From an uncultured delta proteobacterium (lineage in GTDB: Bacteria > Desulfobacterota > Syntrophia > Syntrophales > UBA2185), in contig OY970063.1 of assembly GCA_963705275.1 (NCBI GenBank), forward strand, positions 668,438-732,437: a stretch of 64,000 nucleotides of DNA, given 5' to 3'. Shown here piece after piece: positions 38,350-49,259 of this stretch. Position numbers and translations under genes: made by a program. The notes beneath the pieces are model-generated. The model saw only the letters and a program-made list of their open reading frames with translations. It ran no database searches and was not told the origin of the DNA. Each line of letters begins with the position of its first letter. Within the stretch, counting starts at the first letter, position 1.

Positions 38350-39476
38350 CGCTAATGGCCCCAACCGATTCTGTGAATATTACTGTTATTGGCGCCGGGG
38401 TGGTCGGTCTGTCCATTGCGGAAGAGCTTTCTGCAGATTATAAACGCGTATTGCTTATTGAAAAAAACGATGGCTTCGGACAGGAGACGAGCAGCCGCAA
38501 CAGCGAGGTAATACACGCCGGTATATACTACCCCCACGGCTTCATGAAGGCTTCGCTATGCATAGAGGGAAACCGGCTCCTCTATGATCTATGCAGGGAT
38601 CGAAACATTCCTCATAAGCGCACAGGGAAGCTCATTGTCGCTACAAACGATGAAGAATGTGAACGCCTGGAAACCATAAAGAAGCATGCCGAGGGAAATG
38701 GCGTATCCGATCTTACCCTGCTGGGGAAAAAGCAAGTCTTGACCCTCGAACCGGAAGTCAACGCCATGGCTGCCATCTATTCCCCATCCACAGGGATCAT
38801 CGATAGTCATAGCCTGATGCGTTCTCTATGCATAAATGCAGAAGGTTCCGGTACTGTGATCGCTTTCCGTTCGAAGGTCACAGCCATTCGTGCTGAGAAT
38901 GACATTTTCGAAGTGGAAACAAACGGAGGAGAATACCGATTTCACACCGGGGCGATTATCAACAGTGCCGGTCTGCATTCAGACAGCATCGCCGCTATGG
39001 CTGGCATTGACATCGATCAGCATGGATACCGCCTGAAGTACTGCAAGGGAAATTATTTTTCTGCCTCCCCTTCCCCGAAACTCCATCATTTAGTTTATCC
39101 CGTTCCTCCGGAGAATACGGAAAGCCTCGGAATCCATGCCACGCTGGACCTGAGCAACCGCGTCAAGTTCGGCCCGGACAGCCAGTACATAGATGATATC
39201 GAATATAGTATAGATGAAGGAAGAAGGGAATCCTTCTATCAATCAATCAGAAATTATCTCCCGAGGATGAAACGGGAATACCTCCATCCGGACATGTGTG
39301 GCATACGCCCGAAACTCCAAGGCCCCGGCGAAGCCTACCGCGACTTCATAATTAAGGACGAGCGCGACATAGGATATCCCGGGCTGATAAATCTGATCGG
39401 CATAGAATCTCCCGGCTTGACCTCCTGCCTTGCTATTGCACGGTACGTAAAGTCTCTCGTGGCCTCGTATACTTGA
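38346..39476 (+). CDS. FAD-dependent oxidoreductase (L-2-hydroxyglutarate oxidase/DAO-like)
   Basis: VIGAGVVGLSIA dinucleotide-binding motif. DAO-family length. The start is either TTG 38346 (4-nt overlap with ugd) or ATG 38355. Confidence 0.75.
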   Translation: MTLMAPTDSVNITVIGAGVVGLSIAEELSADYKRVLLIEKNDGFGQETSSRNSEVIHAGIYYPHGFMKASLCIEGNRLLYDLCRDRNIPHKRTGKLIVATNDEECERLETIKKHAEGNGVSDLTLLGKKQVLTLEPEVNAMAAIYSPSTGIIDSHSLMRSLCINAEGSGTVIAFRSKVTAIRAENDIFEVETNGGEYRFHTGAIINSAGLHSDSIAAMAGIDIDQHGYRLKYCKGNYFSASPSPKLHHLVYPVPPENTESLGIHATLDLSNRVKFGPDSQYIDDIEYSIDEGRRESFYQSIRNYLPRMKREYLHPDMCGIRPKLQGPGEAYRDFIIKDERDIGYPGLINLIGIESPGLTSCLAIARYVKSLVASYT

Positions 39477-39538
39477 GCGCGAGGTTCCGAGGCAACTCTT
39501 AGAGTCTAAGGCAGACATTTAATTAGTTAGGGCAGGGT

Positions 39539-39916
39539 TTAAACGGCAAGTTCAAAGGCGTTTTGTATCAGCTCTATAGTAATCCCGTCAGGCAGCATCT
39601 TTATCGCCACGACATCGAATCTCGCGTTGCATGGATAGAGATGTTTCTCCTTTAGATACGTGAGGGAAATTCGCGAAACTTTTTTTTGCTTTTCCGGTCC
39701 CACGGCAAGCTGGGGATCGCCGAACTCTTCCGATCTTCTGCTCTTAACCTCAACAAAGACAATCGCATCCCCATCTCTTGCTACAATATCAAGCTCTCCC
39801 AAAGGGCATTTGTAATTGCGCTCAACTATCCTGTAGCCTCTTCTCTTCAAATAAGCGCAAGCAATATCCTCTCCTTTCTTTCCCGTCCGCATCCTGCCAG
39901 AACTCTTCATTATCAT
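39539..39916 (-). CDS. YraN family endonuclease-like protein (UPF0102)
   Basis: GEDIACAYLKRRGYRIVERNYKCPLGELDIVARDGDAIVFVEVKSR. Confidence 0.85.
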   Translation of the reverse strand: MIMKSSGRMRTGKKGEDIACAYLKRRGYRIVERNYKCPLGELDIVARDGDAIVFVEVKSRRSEEFGDPQLAVGPEKQKKVSRISLTYLKEKHLYPCNARFDVVAIKMLPDGITIELIQNAFELAV

Positions 39917-39937
39917 TCCCGATGCTGCAAAATATAT

Positions 39938-40561
39938 TCAAAACTCTATTTCGGCATTTACGTGGATGAGGCTTCTGTCTTTGACTACGAATGATCTTCT
40001 ATGAATTTTGCAATGGCCGTGCTTGTTGATCGCCTCCCGGTGCTCCGCTGTAGCATAGCCCTTATTCTTCGAAAAATTATACTGGGGGAATTGGCGATCA
40101 TAGATCTCCATGATCCTGTCTCTCGAGACTTTAGCAATAATGGAGGCTGATGCCACGGAGACGCTCTTTGAGTCACCTTTGACGATCGCTTCCTGGGGTA
40201 TGGAGACAAAAATACGATGTGGACCGTCAATGAGCAGATAATCAGGCGTCAGAGAAAGATTCAGTGCTGCCTCCTTCATGGCCACCAGTGTTGCCTGAAA
40301 TATGTTCACTTCGTCAATAAACGAAGCCTCCACAACGCCAAGTCCGATGGAAAGGGCGTCTTGCCTTATAATGTCGGACAGGTTCTCTCTCTTCTTCGCT
40401 GGGAGCTGCTTCGAATCTTTGATTTCCTTGTTCTTATAATGGGGGGGGAGTATCACGGCGGCGGCGACCAATGGTCCTGCAAGGGGACCTCTACCCGCCT
40501 CATCAATACCAGCTATTGATCTATAACCAAGTTGATGCGCACGCCGTTCGAAACTGTTCAT
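39938..40561 (-). CDS. rnhB: Ribonuclease HII
   Basis: IAGIDEAGRGPLAGP active-site motif. The start is placed at internal M27 (MNSFERR...). The track ORF extends to 40639. Confidence 0.9.
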   Translation of the reverse strand: MNSFERRAHQLGYRSIAGIDEAGRGPLAGPLVAAAVILPPHYKNKEIKDSKQLPAKKRENLSDIIRQDALSIGLGVVEASFIDEVNIFQATLVAMKEAALNLSLTPDYLLIDGPHRIFVSIPQEAIVKGDSKSVSVASASIIAKVSRDRIMEIYDRQFPQYNFSKNKGYATAEHREAINKHGHCKIHRRSFVVKDRSLIHVNAEIEF

Positions 40562-40688
40562 AGCCGGGACAAGAAACTTGTAAGAGTGGTTCTGAGTCAC
40601 TAACCGAAGACAAGAAAGGTCTCTCGCATCCCTGACCAAAAACTCAGAGGTTAGGGATGCTCGTTCTGCACTGGGATTATTTTAGTAT

Positions 40689-41033
40689 CTATTTCCCCAT
40701 TTCTTTGATTCTTGCTTTTTTGCCTCTTAGACCACGCAAGTAATACAGCCGGGAACGCCGCACCTTACCGCGATTAACTATTTCAATCCTGTCTATGACC
40801 GGTGAATGTAGGGGAAATGTCCTTTCGACTCCTACACCATAGGAAACCTTTCTCACTGTAAAGCTCGACCGGCAATCACCCCGTTTTCTGCGGATGACGA
40901 CGCCTTCAAAGGCCTGTATTCTCTGTTTTTGTCCCTCCACAATTCTCACATACACCCTGACCGTATCGCCAGGCTTAAAACTCGGGATGTCCCCTCTCAT
41001 CTGCTCTTTTTCAAGCATTTCCATAACATTCAT
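40689..41033 (-). CDS. rplS: 50S ribosomal protein L19
   Basis: [18 protein letters not shown]...QAFEGVVI. Confidence 0.95.
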   Translation of the reverse strand: MNVMEMLEKEQMRGDIPSFKPGDTVRVYVRIVEGQKQRIQAFEGVVIRRKRGDCRSSFTVRKVSYGVGVERTFPLHSPVIDRIEIVNRGKVRRSRLYYLRGLRGKKARIKEMGK

Positions 41034-41060
41034 ATCCTAGATTCCTCCATATCGCGTTGC

Positions 41061-41795
41061 TCATAAATCTCTCTTAATATCTTCGAGCGTTTTTCTGTCT
41101 TCATCAGATAGTTCTATTTTCCCCAGCAAATCCGGCCGCCTCAAGTATGTCCTCTTTAGCGATTCCCTTCTTCGCCATGACTCGATCTCCCGGTGATTAC
41201 CTGACAGCAGGACCTCAGGAACCCGCCAGTCCCTGTAGCTGCCGGGCCGTGTATAATGGGGATACTCCAACAGGCCGGTAGAAAACGAATCGTAAGATGC
41301 GGAGTCATAATTCCCCAGAACGCCCGGAATCAGACGGGTAACAGCGTCGACCACGACCATAGCTGAAAGTTCTCCACCCGTCAAAACAAAATCGCCTATC
41401 GAAATCTCTCTGTCAGCCAGATGGTCCCTTACCCTCTCGTCCATGCCCTCGTAGCGCCCACAAATAAACACAATTTGAAAATAGCGAGACATTTCCTCCG
41501 CTATCTTCTGGTTGAAGGTTTCTCCCTGGGGCGTGAGGAGAACAATCAGGGTATTATCTCTTGTGGGAACGATTGACGCCAGGGCTCTGTCGATTGGTTC
41601 CACCTTCATGACCATGCCGCCGCCGCCGCCGTAAGGGGCGTCATCTGTCATCCTATGCTTATCCTCGGCATAGTCGCGAATGTTGTGGAGATGGATCTCC
41701 ACCATTCCCTTTTCGCGTGCCCTTTTCAAGATACTGTAATTAAGCACGGATTCAAACATTTCGGGGAAGACGGATAAAATATCAAACCTGATCAT
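41061..41795 (-). CDS. trmD: tRNA (guanine37-N1)-methyltransferase
   Basis: [14 protein letters not shown]...[14 protein letters not shown]...[11 protein letters not shown]. Confidence 0.95.
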   Translation of the reverse strand: MIRFDILSVFPEMFESVLNYSILKRAREKGMVEIHLHNIRDYAEDKHRMTDDAPYGGGGGMVMKVEPIDRALASIVPTRDNTLIVLLTPQGETFNQKIAEEMSRYFQIVFICGRYEGMDERVRDHLADREISIGDFVLTGGELSAMVVVDAVTRLIPGVLGNYDSASYDSFSTGLLEYPHYTRPGSYRDWRVPEVLLSGNHREIESWRRRESLKRTYLRRPDLLGKIELSDEDRKTLEDIKRDL

Positions 41796-41801
41796 GGCCT
41801 T

Positions 41802-42311
41802 CTATAAACCTTCAAGCAGTCTTACAACCATCATCCCCCGGTCGATATCGATCTCACGTATCACATCGGCAATGCCCGGCAGCAAGACCTCTCTTTCTCC
41901 ACCGCTGCACACATAGACATCATTACTCCCCGTTGGGAAAATAGCCTCAATTACGCCTAGAATGCGGCCTTCCTCAGTAACTACTTTAAGACCTATCATA
42001 TCATGCCAGTAATATTCACCTTCTGGCAATTCTTCCAGTTTGTCCGCGGGAATCAGTACGTCGCAGCCAATAAGGGCATTCGCACTCTGAAGATCTTCGA
42101 CGCCTTCTATTTCAAGGAAAAAACTCTTGCCTCTGCTCCGCACACCCTTTAATTTGAAGGGGCCCTTCCTATCATTTCCGAAGCCTAAATACAATTCGTC
42201 AAGGTATTGAACCTTGTCATTAGACTCAAGGTATGACACCGCTTTCATAAGGCCCTTAAGACCGCATGATTTAACGATCCTGCCAATTTCAAAGAACTGA
42301 GTCGGATTCAT
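41802..42311 (-). CDS. rimM: 16S rRNA processing protein RimM
   Basis: 169 aa. Located between the KH protein and trmD. PRC-barrel C-terminal region. Confidence 0.9.
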   Translation of the reverse strand: MNPTQFFEIGRIVKSCGLKGLMKAVSYLESNDKVQYLDELYLGFGNDRKGPFKLKGVRSRGKSFFLEIEGVEDLQSANALIGCDVLIPADKLEELPEGEYYWHDMIGLKVVTEEGRILGVIEAIFPTGSNDVYVCSGGEREVLLPGIADVIREIDIDRGMMVVRLLEGL

Positions 42312-42538
42312 TCAATAATTTCTAAGACTGCCCTCTTGCGAAGCTTCGTTGACGCCGCGCTTAAAATGGTCCGCATGGCCTTTGCGGTTCTTCCCTGCTT
42401 GCCGATAACTTTACCCAGGTCTTCCTTCGCAACTCTCAGTTCGATCACGGAAGTCTGCTCACCAAGCACCTCGGATACTTCTACCAAATCAGGATTATCC
42501 ACCAAAGACTGCGCTATGTACTTGATCAAATCTTTCAT
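42308..42538 (-). CDS. KH domain-containing RNA-binding protein (YlqC-like)
   Basis: [13 protein letters not shown] GxxG loop. The start is placed at M6 (the RBS GGAGG lies 8 nt upstream). Confidence 0.85.
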   Translation of the reverse strand: MKDLIKYIAQSLVDNPDLVEVSEVLGEQTSVIELRVAKEDLGKVIGKQGRTAKAMRTILSAASTKLRKRAVLEIIE

Positions 42539-42645
42539 CGTCACAACCTCCACGGATTACTCATTGAATAAATCCAACAGCAATATCGACTTCTGTCGCA
42601 AAACCGCCAAATTCAAAGGTCAAGACATGGCACCATTTATTTCAA

Positions 42646-42897
42646 TTATGCCCTTTTCGTGATTCCCTTCCTTGCAAACAACTGGGAAACCGTCAAAGTG
42701 GGTACGGCCCCTTTTGAAAGCCAATCAACAACGCGTTCTTCTTTCAGGACAACCTCCGCGGGATTTTTTTGAGGATTATAGCTTCCTACGATCTCGAGAA
42801 ACCTGCCATCTCTCGGAGATTCGGAATCAGCTACGACGATCCTGTAATAGGGCCTGCCTTTTCCGCCAAGCCGCGCCAACCTTATTTTAACTGCCAT
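42646..42897 (-). CDS. rpsP: 30S ribosomal protein S16
   Basis: MAVKIRLARLGGKGRPYYRIVVADS. Confidence 0.95.
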   Translation of the reverse strand: MAVKIRLARLGGKGRPYYRIVVADSESPRDGRFLEIVGSYNPQKNPAEVVLKEERVVDWLSKGAVPTLTVSQLFARKGITKRA

Positions 42898-42994
42898 TCC
42901 TGTTATCTATGACCTCCTGAAAATTATTGTAATTTTATATATATGCATTATATTATAAAGGAAGAACTTTTATTATAGTCCATTTTTAAGTTAA

Positions 42995-44332
42995 TTAAAA
43001 GGGCAAATTGCCCCTGCGTAGCGATTTCATTCCTTCCTTTGATGTAAGCCTTTTCATTATCTTTCTCATCTCGCCATAATTTTTCAGCAGCTTGTTCACA
43101 TCCTGGACCGTCGTTCCGCTTCCCTTCGCTATTCTTTTTCTCCTCTGTCCATCGATTAAGAGATAGTTTGAGCGCTCCTTCCCTGTCATAGAGTCGATTA
43201 TGGCAAGGGTTCTTGTCATTTCCTTTTCATCCGGTGTTGCATGTGCCAGCGCTTTGATCTTCCCCAATCCGGGAATCATCCCCATTATGTCCCCGATAGA
43301 GCCCATCGATTTGATCTGCTTCAATTGGTCACGAAAATCTTCAAGTGTGAATTCATTCTTCCTGATCTTCTTCTCAAGCTCCCGCGCCTGCTTTTCGTCA
43401 ACTGTAGCCTGTGCCTTTTCGACAAAGGTCAGGATATCGCCCATGCCTAAGATCCGTGAAGCCAGGCGTTCAGGATGACAAACCTCCAGAGCATCTATTT
43501 TCTCGCCAACACCGATGAACTTTATGGGCTTGCCGATCACCGCTTTCAAGGATAAAGCCGCGCCGCCCCTGGCGTCACCATCCATCTTGGTCATAATCAC
43601 GCCGTCAATGCCAAGAAGTTCATTGAACTTTCCCGCCACATTCACAGCATCCTGTCCCGTCATGGCATCTGCGACAAGGAGAATTTCCGAAGGATTAATT
43701 GCATCCTTTATCCTTTTGAGTTCATCCATCATTTCACCGTCTATGTGAAGACGGCCTGCCGTATCAACTATAATCACTTCATAGCCGTTGCTCTTCGCCT
43801 CTTCAACAGCCTGCAGACACATCCTGACAGGGTCGCGGACATCCCCGGAAACATAAATCCCCACACCGCTAATCTTTTCACCCAGGACTTTCAACTGTTC
43901 TATCGCTGCCGGCCGGTAAACATCCGACGAAACGAGATATACCCGCCTGCCCTGATTGACCAGATGCTGAGCAAGTTTTACTGCCGTCGTTGTCTTCCCG
44001 CATCCCTGAAGGCCGACCATCATTACGGGAGCAGGAAATCGGCCGGAAAGTCTCAGTTGGCTGCTTTTTCCTCCCAATAACTCTACGAGCCTGTCATGTA
44101 CAATCTTTACGACCTGCTGACCCGGCGTAATACTGTCCAGAACCTCCTGACCTACAGCCCTCAACCTGATGTCCTCTACAAAGTCCTTGACCACCTTAAA
44201 GTTGACATCCGCCTCAAGAAGGGCCATGCGTATCTCTCTCAGCGCGGAAATAATATTATCTTCATCAAGGCGACCTCTCCGCTTGAGTTTCTTAAATACA
44301 TCCTCCAATTTTTCCGTCAGCGCCTCAAACAT
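42995..44332 (-). CDS. ffh: Signal recognition particle protein Ffh
   Basis: MFEALTEKL start (M6 of the track ORF). GLQGCGKTTT P-loop, DTAGR, Met-rich M domain. Confidence 0.95.
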   Translation of the reverse strand: MFEALTEKLEDVFKKLKRRGRLDEDNIISALREIRMALLEADVNFKVVKDFVEDIRLRAVGQEVLDSITPGQQVVKIVHDRLVELLGGKSSQLRLSGRFPAPVMMVGLQGCGKTTTAVKLAQHLVNQGRRVYLVSSDVYRPAAIEQLKVLGEKISGVGIYVSGDVRDPVRMCLQAVEEAKSNGYEVIIVDTAGRLHIDGEMMDELKRIKDAINPSEILLVADAMTGQDAVNVAGKFNELLGIDGVIMTKMDGDARGGAALSLKAVIGKPIKFIGVGEKIDALEVCHPERLASRILGMGDILTFVEKAQATVDEKQARELEKKIRKNEFTLEDFRDQLKQIKSMGSIGDIMGMIPGLGKIKALAHATPDEKEMTRTLAIIDSMTGKERSNYLLIDGQRRKRIAKGSGTTVQDVNKLLKNYGEMRKIMKRLTSKEGMKSLRRGNLPF

Positions 44333-44358
44333 CACCCACCCGCACATATCTGCCGATA

Positions 44359-44988
44359 TTAGTTATTCCTCGCTCCCATTTTTTGAACGACACAATTGAG
44401 GCCCTTGATTTTTCTTTCCACACCATCCGCCTCTTTTTGAGCATCTTCCCGACTGTCAAAACCTTCGAGGGTAATGCGCGTCCACTTCCCTTTCTTCGGC
44501 ACCTGTATCTCTGCAACTCTGGGGGAAAATCCAAGTGCTGTAAGTTTTTTCGATAACTGATCGGCTTTTCCCTTTTCTTTGAAAGAACCAACCTGTACTT
44601 GATATTTCTCCTGCTCGGCAGGCGGCTTCCTTTCCGTCTGAACGGCGGTGGGAAGTGAAGGCCGTCTTTCGTCAGACGCCGCGGGGGCTGCGACAGGCGT
44701 CTTCTTTTCTTCCGGAACAATTTCCTCAACCCCGGCCCTGGCGGCTTCTTTCGTTGTTTCGCTGGCTGCCGCAGCGGTCTCCGGCCTATTCGATGACCAG
44801 CCAAGTTTTTCCATCATCATGCCCCGAAAACCGCGTGAAAACTTTTCCGGGTAGGTGTCAATATTCTTGCCAACAGTAACCCCGAACAAGAAAACAACAA
44901 AAAGCAAACAGGACATGCCTAAGATAAATAGAATCAATGCCCGCTTGCCCAGCTTCAATTCAAATACACGCACATTCTTGGATGTCAT
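44359..44988 (-). CDS. SPOR domain-containing membrane protein
   Basis: N-terminal TM segment, P/A/E-rich linker, C-terminal SPOR repeat (YQVQVGSFKEKGKADQL...). Confidence 0.8.
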   Translation of the reverse strand: MTSKNVRVFELKLGKRALILFILGMSCLLFVVFLFGVTVGKNIDTYPEKFSRGFRGMMMEKLGWSSNRPETAAAASETTKEAARAGVEEIVPEEKKTPVAAPAASDERRPSLPTAVQTERKPPAEQEKYQVQVGSFKEKGKADQLSKKLTALGFSPRVAEIQVPKKGKWTRITLEGFDSREDAQKEADGVERKIKGLNCVVQKMGARNN

Positions 44989-45006
44989 TCCGCTCTTCTA
45001 CTGTCT

Positions 45007-46677
45007 TCACATTCTTTCCGGCGCTGAAACTCCCAGTATCCTTAAGGTATTGCTCAGCACTACCAGAATTGATTTTGTCAAGAAAAGTCTCGCCATGCTG
45101 AGGCCCTCTTCATCAGATAAAACCTTGTGCTTATTATAGTAACTATGGAAGAGTGCCGCAAGATCATTAAGGTAAAACGTCAAGCGGTGCGGCTCCAGGG
45201 ACAGAGCGGCACCTTCAATCACCTCAGGAAGCCGGGCGATTGTCTTAATCAAGTTAATCTCCTCGGGAAGAGTCAGGAAGCTCAAGTCCACTTCATCGTA
45301 AGCAGGAATTCTGTAGCCCCTTTCGTCGGCATTCCTCATGATACTGCAAATTCTCGCATGTGCATACTGCACATAGTAGACGGGATTCTCAGTGGATTGC
45401 TTCTTTGCCAGGTCCAGATCGAAATCTAGGTGACTGTCCGAGCGCCTCATCAGGAAGTTATACCTTGCAGCGTCTTTTCCCACTTCATCAACGACTTCCT
45501 TCATCGTTACGAACTCACCGGCCCGGGTCGACATGGGAACGGGTCTCCCGTCCCGTAGGAGATTCACAAGCTGCACCAGAACAATCTTCAGCGATTCCTT
45601 TTCATGTCCGAGCGCCTCGATACAGGCAGCCATCCGGGGTATATACCCATGATGATCGGCGCCCCACACATCGATAATTGTATCGAATCCGCGCTGGTAT
45701 TTATTCTGATGGTAGGCAATGTCGGCGGCAAAGTAGGTCGGCTCTCCGCTTTTTCTTATAACTACCCTGTCCTTCTCATCGCCAAACGCGGTGGTCCTGA
45801 ACCAAACGGTTTCTCCATCGTTGTAAATGAAATCTCTCTTCTCAAGCTCTGCAAGCAGCTTAGCCACTCCATCATCCTTATAAAGATCCCTCTCGCTGAA
45901 GAAATTATCAAAAACTACACCGAAGGCCTTTAGATCGTCCTTTATGTCGTTTAGTATTGCACTCGCAGCATAATCCGTAAACGTGCGGATGGTTTCTTCT
46001 TGGTTTTTGTTGCGATAGCTCTCACCCTCTCTTACCATTATTTCCTTTGCCAGACCCTTGATGTAGTCTCCCTGATAGCAGCCCTCAGGAAATTCCACAT
46101 TATCGCCCAGAAACTCAAGATAACGAAAGAAAACAGATTTGCCTAGGTTGTTCATCTGGTTGCCTGTATCATTAATGTAATACTCGCGAAAAACCGAAAA
46201 ACCTGATGCACCGAGGATGCTGGCAATGACATCGCCGACGACGGCTCCCCTTGCATGTCCTATATGGAGGGGTCCCGTAGGATTGGCGCTGACAAACTCC
46301 AGATGTATTTTCTTCCCTTTTCCGTAATCGGAGGCGCCATAGCGATCACTCAGCTTATCTACATCGCGAAGCAAGGTAGGCCATACATCACCCCTAATAA
46401 AGAAGTTCATAAAGCCGGGACCCGCAATCTCGACCTTTGACAGCACATCATCGCCACTGCCGATATTCTTTGAGATGATCTCTGCAATCCGTCGGGGCGG
46501 CAATTTCCCCTTCGCACGGGATGCCAGCACCATGGCCACATTCGAGGCATAGTCACCGTGACCGGCATCCTTAGGCATATCAATTTCTATTTCGGGAACA
46601 GCCTCTATATCTATTAGCTTCTTATCAATACAGGCCTTTACGGCGATTCCCAGCAATGTTTGCAGTCTGCGCTTCAT
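45007..46677 (-). CDS. argS: Arginine--tRNA ligase
   Basis: [15 protein letters not shown] (HIGH motif). 556 aa. C-terminal anticodon-binding domain. Confidence 0.95.
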   Translation of the reverse strand: MKRRLQTLLGIAVKACIDKKLIDIEAVPEIEIDMPKDAGHGDYASNVAMVLASRAKGKLPPRRIAEIISKNIGSGDDVLSKVEIAGPGFMNFFIRGDVWPTLLRDVDKLSDRYGASDYGKGKKIHLEFVSANPTGPLHIGHARGAVVGDVIASILGASGFSVFREYYINDTGNQMNNLGKSVFFRYLEFLGDNVEFPEGCYQGDYIKGLAKEIMVREGESYRNKNQEETIRTFTDYAASAILNDIKDDLKAFGVVFDNFFSERDLYKDDGVAKLLAELEKRDFIYNDGETVWFRTTAFGDEKDRVVIRKSGEPTYFAADIAYHQNKYQRGFDTIIDVWGADHHGYIPRMAACIEALGHEKESLKIVLVQLVNLLRDGRPVPMSTRAGEFVTMKEVVDEVGKDAARYNFLMRRSDSHLDFDLDLAKKQSTENPVYYVQYAHARICSIMRNADERGYRIPAYDEVDLSFLTLPEEINLIKTIARLPEVIEGAALSLEPHRLTFYLNDLAALFHSYYNKHKVLSDEEGLSMARLFLTKSILVVLSNTLRILGVSAPERM

Positions 46678-46772
46678 TCAACCACACACCGTTTGTCGCA
46701 AAATACCCGCTACCAAAAAACTTACCCGCCTCGGACAATTGCAGTGTACAGGAAACCGCTATTATCCATACT

Positions 46773-46796
46773 AAAAAAGTTGGCCATACGGCCAAC
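46773..46796 (-). terminator. Intrinsic terminator downstream of the prepilin peptidase gene
   Basis: Minus-strand RNA reads GUUGGCC-guau-GGCCAAC followed by UUUUUU. Confidence 0.65.
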
Positions 46797-46950
46797 CTCT
46801 TATTTGTATAACAGGATTCAAAAGCCACACGCAGCAGGTAACGAATTGGCCCCGGCATTTACGCCATTTGATCCCGTTTTCTTGTACTTCCTGGCTCTTT
46901 AGTACGGTATATTTATACAGGTTTTAAGTCAAGAAATTTTGATAAAAACA

Positions 46951-47718
46951 TCAGTAATAGAAGAACAGAAACTTCATTACATCCGCGCCCACAAAGAGAT
47001 AGACAACGGCAGCGATGGACAGAAAAGGGCCGAAAGGCACAGCATACTTCATGTCCTGCCCTTTAATGATCATGGCGGAAACACCGACAACAGCCCCAAG
47101 CAAGGAGCTGACAAACAGGATAAAAAACAGTGACTTCCACCCCAAAAAAGCGCCAAGCATGGCAAGCAGTTTGATATCCCCTCCACCCATGCCCTCTCGT
47201 TTCGTGATGATTTCATATAGGAAAGCAATGGCAAAAAGGCACCCGCCGCCGATCAGAATCCCCAGGACCGCTTCCCACACGGTTAGGTTCATAAAGAAAA
47301 CGGCAAGGAAAAAAAAGACGGGTATCCCGGGCAAACTGATGACGTCGGGGATTATCTGGTGACGGAGGTCGATAAAAGTGATGACAATCAAGGCACAGGT
47401 GAATATGAAAGAAGAGAGATATTTGAAACTCAGACCGAATTTCAAAAATAAAAGGAGCGACATTAACGCCGTAATAGTTTCAACAATGGGGTATTGCATA
47501 GAGATCTTCTCATGGCAGTCCCTGCATCTCCCCCGTAGAATGAGATAACTGATGATGGGAATATTATCGTAAGCCCTTATGGAATGGCCACACTTCGGGC
47601 AATGGGAAGATGGAAGAACGATCGACTGCCCCTCAGGAATCCGCAAGATCAAAACATTGAGAAAGCTACCAACAGCGGCACCCATGAACATAAGAAAGAC
47701 ATATAGAAATGCGCCCAT
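46951..47718 (-). CDS. pilD: Prepilin peptidase (A24 family, PilD-like)
   Basis: N-terminal Cys motifs CPKCGH...CRDC. Catalytic Asp regions (FIDL...IIPD and GGGDIKLLAMLGAFLG). Confidence 0.9.
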   Translation of the reverse strand: MGAFLYVFLMFMGAAVGSFLNVLILRIPEGQSIVLPSSHCPKCGHSIRAYDNIPIISYLILRGRCRDCHEKISMQYPIVETITALMSLLLFLKFGLSFKYLSSFIFTCALIVITFIDLRHQIIPDVISLPGIPVFFFLAVFFMNLTVWEAVLGILIGGGCLFAIAFLYEIITKREGMGGGDIKLLAMLGAFLGWKSLFFILFVSSLLGAVVGVSAMIIKGQDMKYAVPFGPFLSIAAVVYLFVGADVMKFLFFYY

Positions 47719-47843
47719 ATAAACCTTGTCAACGCCTTTCGCCTGATTTTCGCAGTAGAAACGTGCTCCACCCCTTCGGTCGTTTCACTTTCTGCTATAA
47801 CAGTCATCTAATGATTTCTTAAACGGTTTGCCGACTATCGGCA

Positions 47844-48299
47844 TCAGCCGTCTTTCCGGTCCCACTCATAAGGAATATCATTATCATGGGGATGCACTCT
47901 GAATTCATCAGGCTCCCCGTAATCGTATGCCTCTGAGGGCGTATTGACCACGACGGCCTCTCCCTGGGAAATGCATTTGAATCCGTGATAAACGAAAGGC
48001 GGAATATGAATCAGAACAGGATTATGTTCACCCGCAAAGAACTCGTTTATCTCGCCGTATGTTGAAGAATCGCGCCTGCCGTCGTAAAGAACAATTTTCA
48101 TCATACCTTTTACAACGGCCATGTTGTCATACTGCTTCTTATGATAATGCCATCCTTTCACAACTCCCGGGTAGGCAGTAGTCATATATACCTGGCCGAA
48201 TTTCCTGAACATCTCATCATCTGTACGCAGGATCTCCATCAACCTGCCCCGCTCATCCGGTATGACCTTCAGCTTTTTGGTCATCACACCTTCGATCAT
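47844..48299 (-). CDS. dTDP-4-dehydrorhamnose 3,5-epimerase-like cupin protein
   Basis: The start is placed at M31 of the track ORF (MIEGVMTKKLKVIPDERGRLMEIL), 11 nt after the upstream gene. KGWHYHKKQ cupin motif. Confidence 0.75.
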   Translation of the reverse strand: MIEGVMTKKLKVIPDERGRLMEILRTDDEMFRKFGQVYMTTAYPGVVKGWHYHKKQYDNMAVVKGMMKIVLYDGRRDSSTYGEINEFFAGEHNPVLIHIPPFVYHGFKCISQGEAVVVNTPSEAYDYGEPDEFRVHPHDNDIPYEWDRKDG

Positions 48300-48310
48300 A
48301 TTCGATGCCC

Positions 48311-49039
48311 TCACATTTTGTTTGCTCCTGTCTTCGCCACCATATTGCCGGCATATTGCAGGGATTCGAATGTCCCCGCATCGCTCCACCAGCCATCAAG
48401 AATATCCCACTCCATTTTCCCCTCGTTAATATAGAAATTGTTAACGTCCGTAATCTCCAGTTCCCCTCTCTTTGATGGTTTTAGATTCTTGATAAAATCG
48501 AAAACTCTCCTGTCATACATATAAATGCCGATGACGGCATACTGCGATTTCGGCGCTGCCGGCTTTTCTTCAACACGGACGATACGGTCGCCTTCGAAGA
48601 CGGGTACGCCGAACCTCTTGGGGTCAGACACCTCTTTCAGCATGATCCGTGCACCGCCTTTCTGCTTCTCAAAAGCTTGTACTGCCTTTCTAACGTTCTT
48701 CTCAATGATATTATCTCCCAGGACGACAACAATTTTCCCTTCATCGGCAAAAAACTCTGCAAGGCTAAGGGCTGCGGCAATTCCCCCCTCTCCTTCCTGA
48801 TATGTATAATTGAGATGTCTGAGGCCGAAGTCCGCCCCGTTTCCGAGGAGTTTCAGAAATTCACCGGCATTGTTTCCACCTGTAACAATCATGATGTCAT
48901 CAACACCGGCATTCACCAATATCTTTATCGGATAATAAATCATGGGTTCATTGTAAACGGGAAGGAGATGTTTATTAGTGACCTTTGTAAGAGGATACAT
49001 GCGACTGCCCAAACCTCCCGCTAGAACAACACCCTTCAT
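48311..49039 (-). CDS. Sugar-1-phosphate nucleotidyltransferase (short RmlA-like)
   Basis: MKGVVLAGGLGSRMYPLTKVTNKHLLPV signature of glucose-1-phosphate thymidylyl/uridylyltransferases. Confidence 0.85.
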   Translation of the reverse strand: MKGVVLAGGLGSRMYPLTKVTNKHLLPVYNEPMIYYPIKILVNAGVDDIMIVTGGNNAGEFLKLLGNGADFGLRHLNYTYQEGEGGIAAALSLAEFFADEGKIVVVLGDNIIEKNVRKAVQAFEKQKGGARIMLKEVSDPKRFGVPVFEGDRIVRVEEKPAAPKSQYAVIGIYMYDRRVFDFIKNLKPSKRGELEITDVNNFYINEGKMEWDILDGWWSDAGTFESLQYAGNMVAKTGANKM

Positions 49040-49259
49040 AATTTCTTCTCCTTTTCGTCGGGTCGGGGCATCATACCCATCCCCTGCACAAACCCAAGAT
49101 GGCGGATTGATCCAAAACCAATCTCAAGACCGACAATTGCGCTTCCCTATATCATATTAAAACCCCCTCAACAACAGAAACATTCTTTTATTATTCACCC
49201 TTTACATCCGTAACAGGCGTGATATAAGATGCAGCAATCACAAAGAGGAGGACAACATC

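Noticed and set aside
49040-49259. FMN riboswitch upstream of ribD
   Set aside because: I found none of the conserved FMN-element segments as I recall them (for example the GGATTCCC/AGTCAGCA-type cores). The region is a divergent promoter and 5'-UTR region for the rmlA-like gene and ribD.
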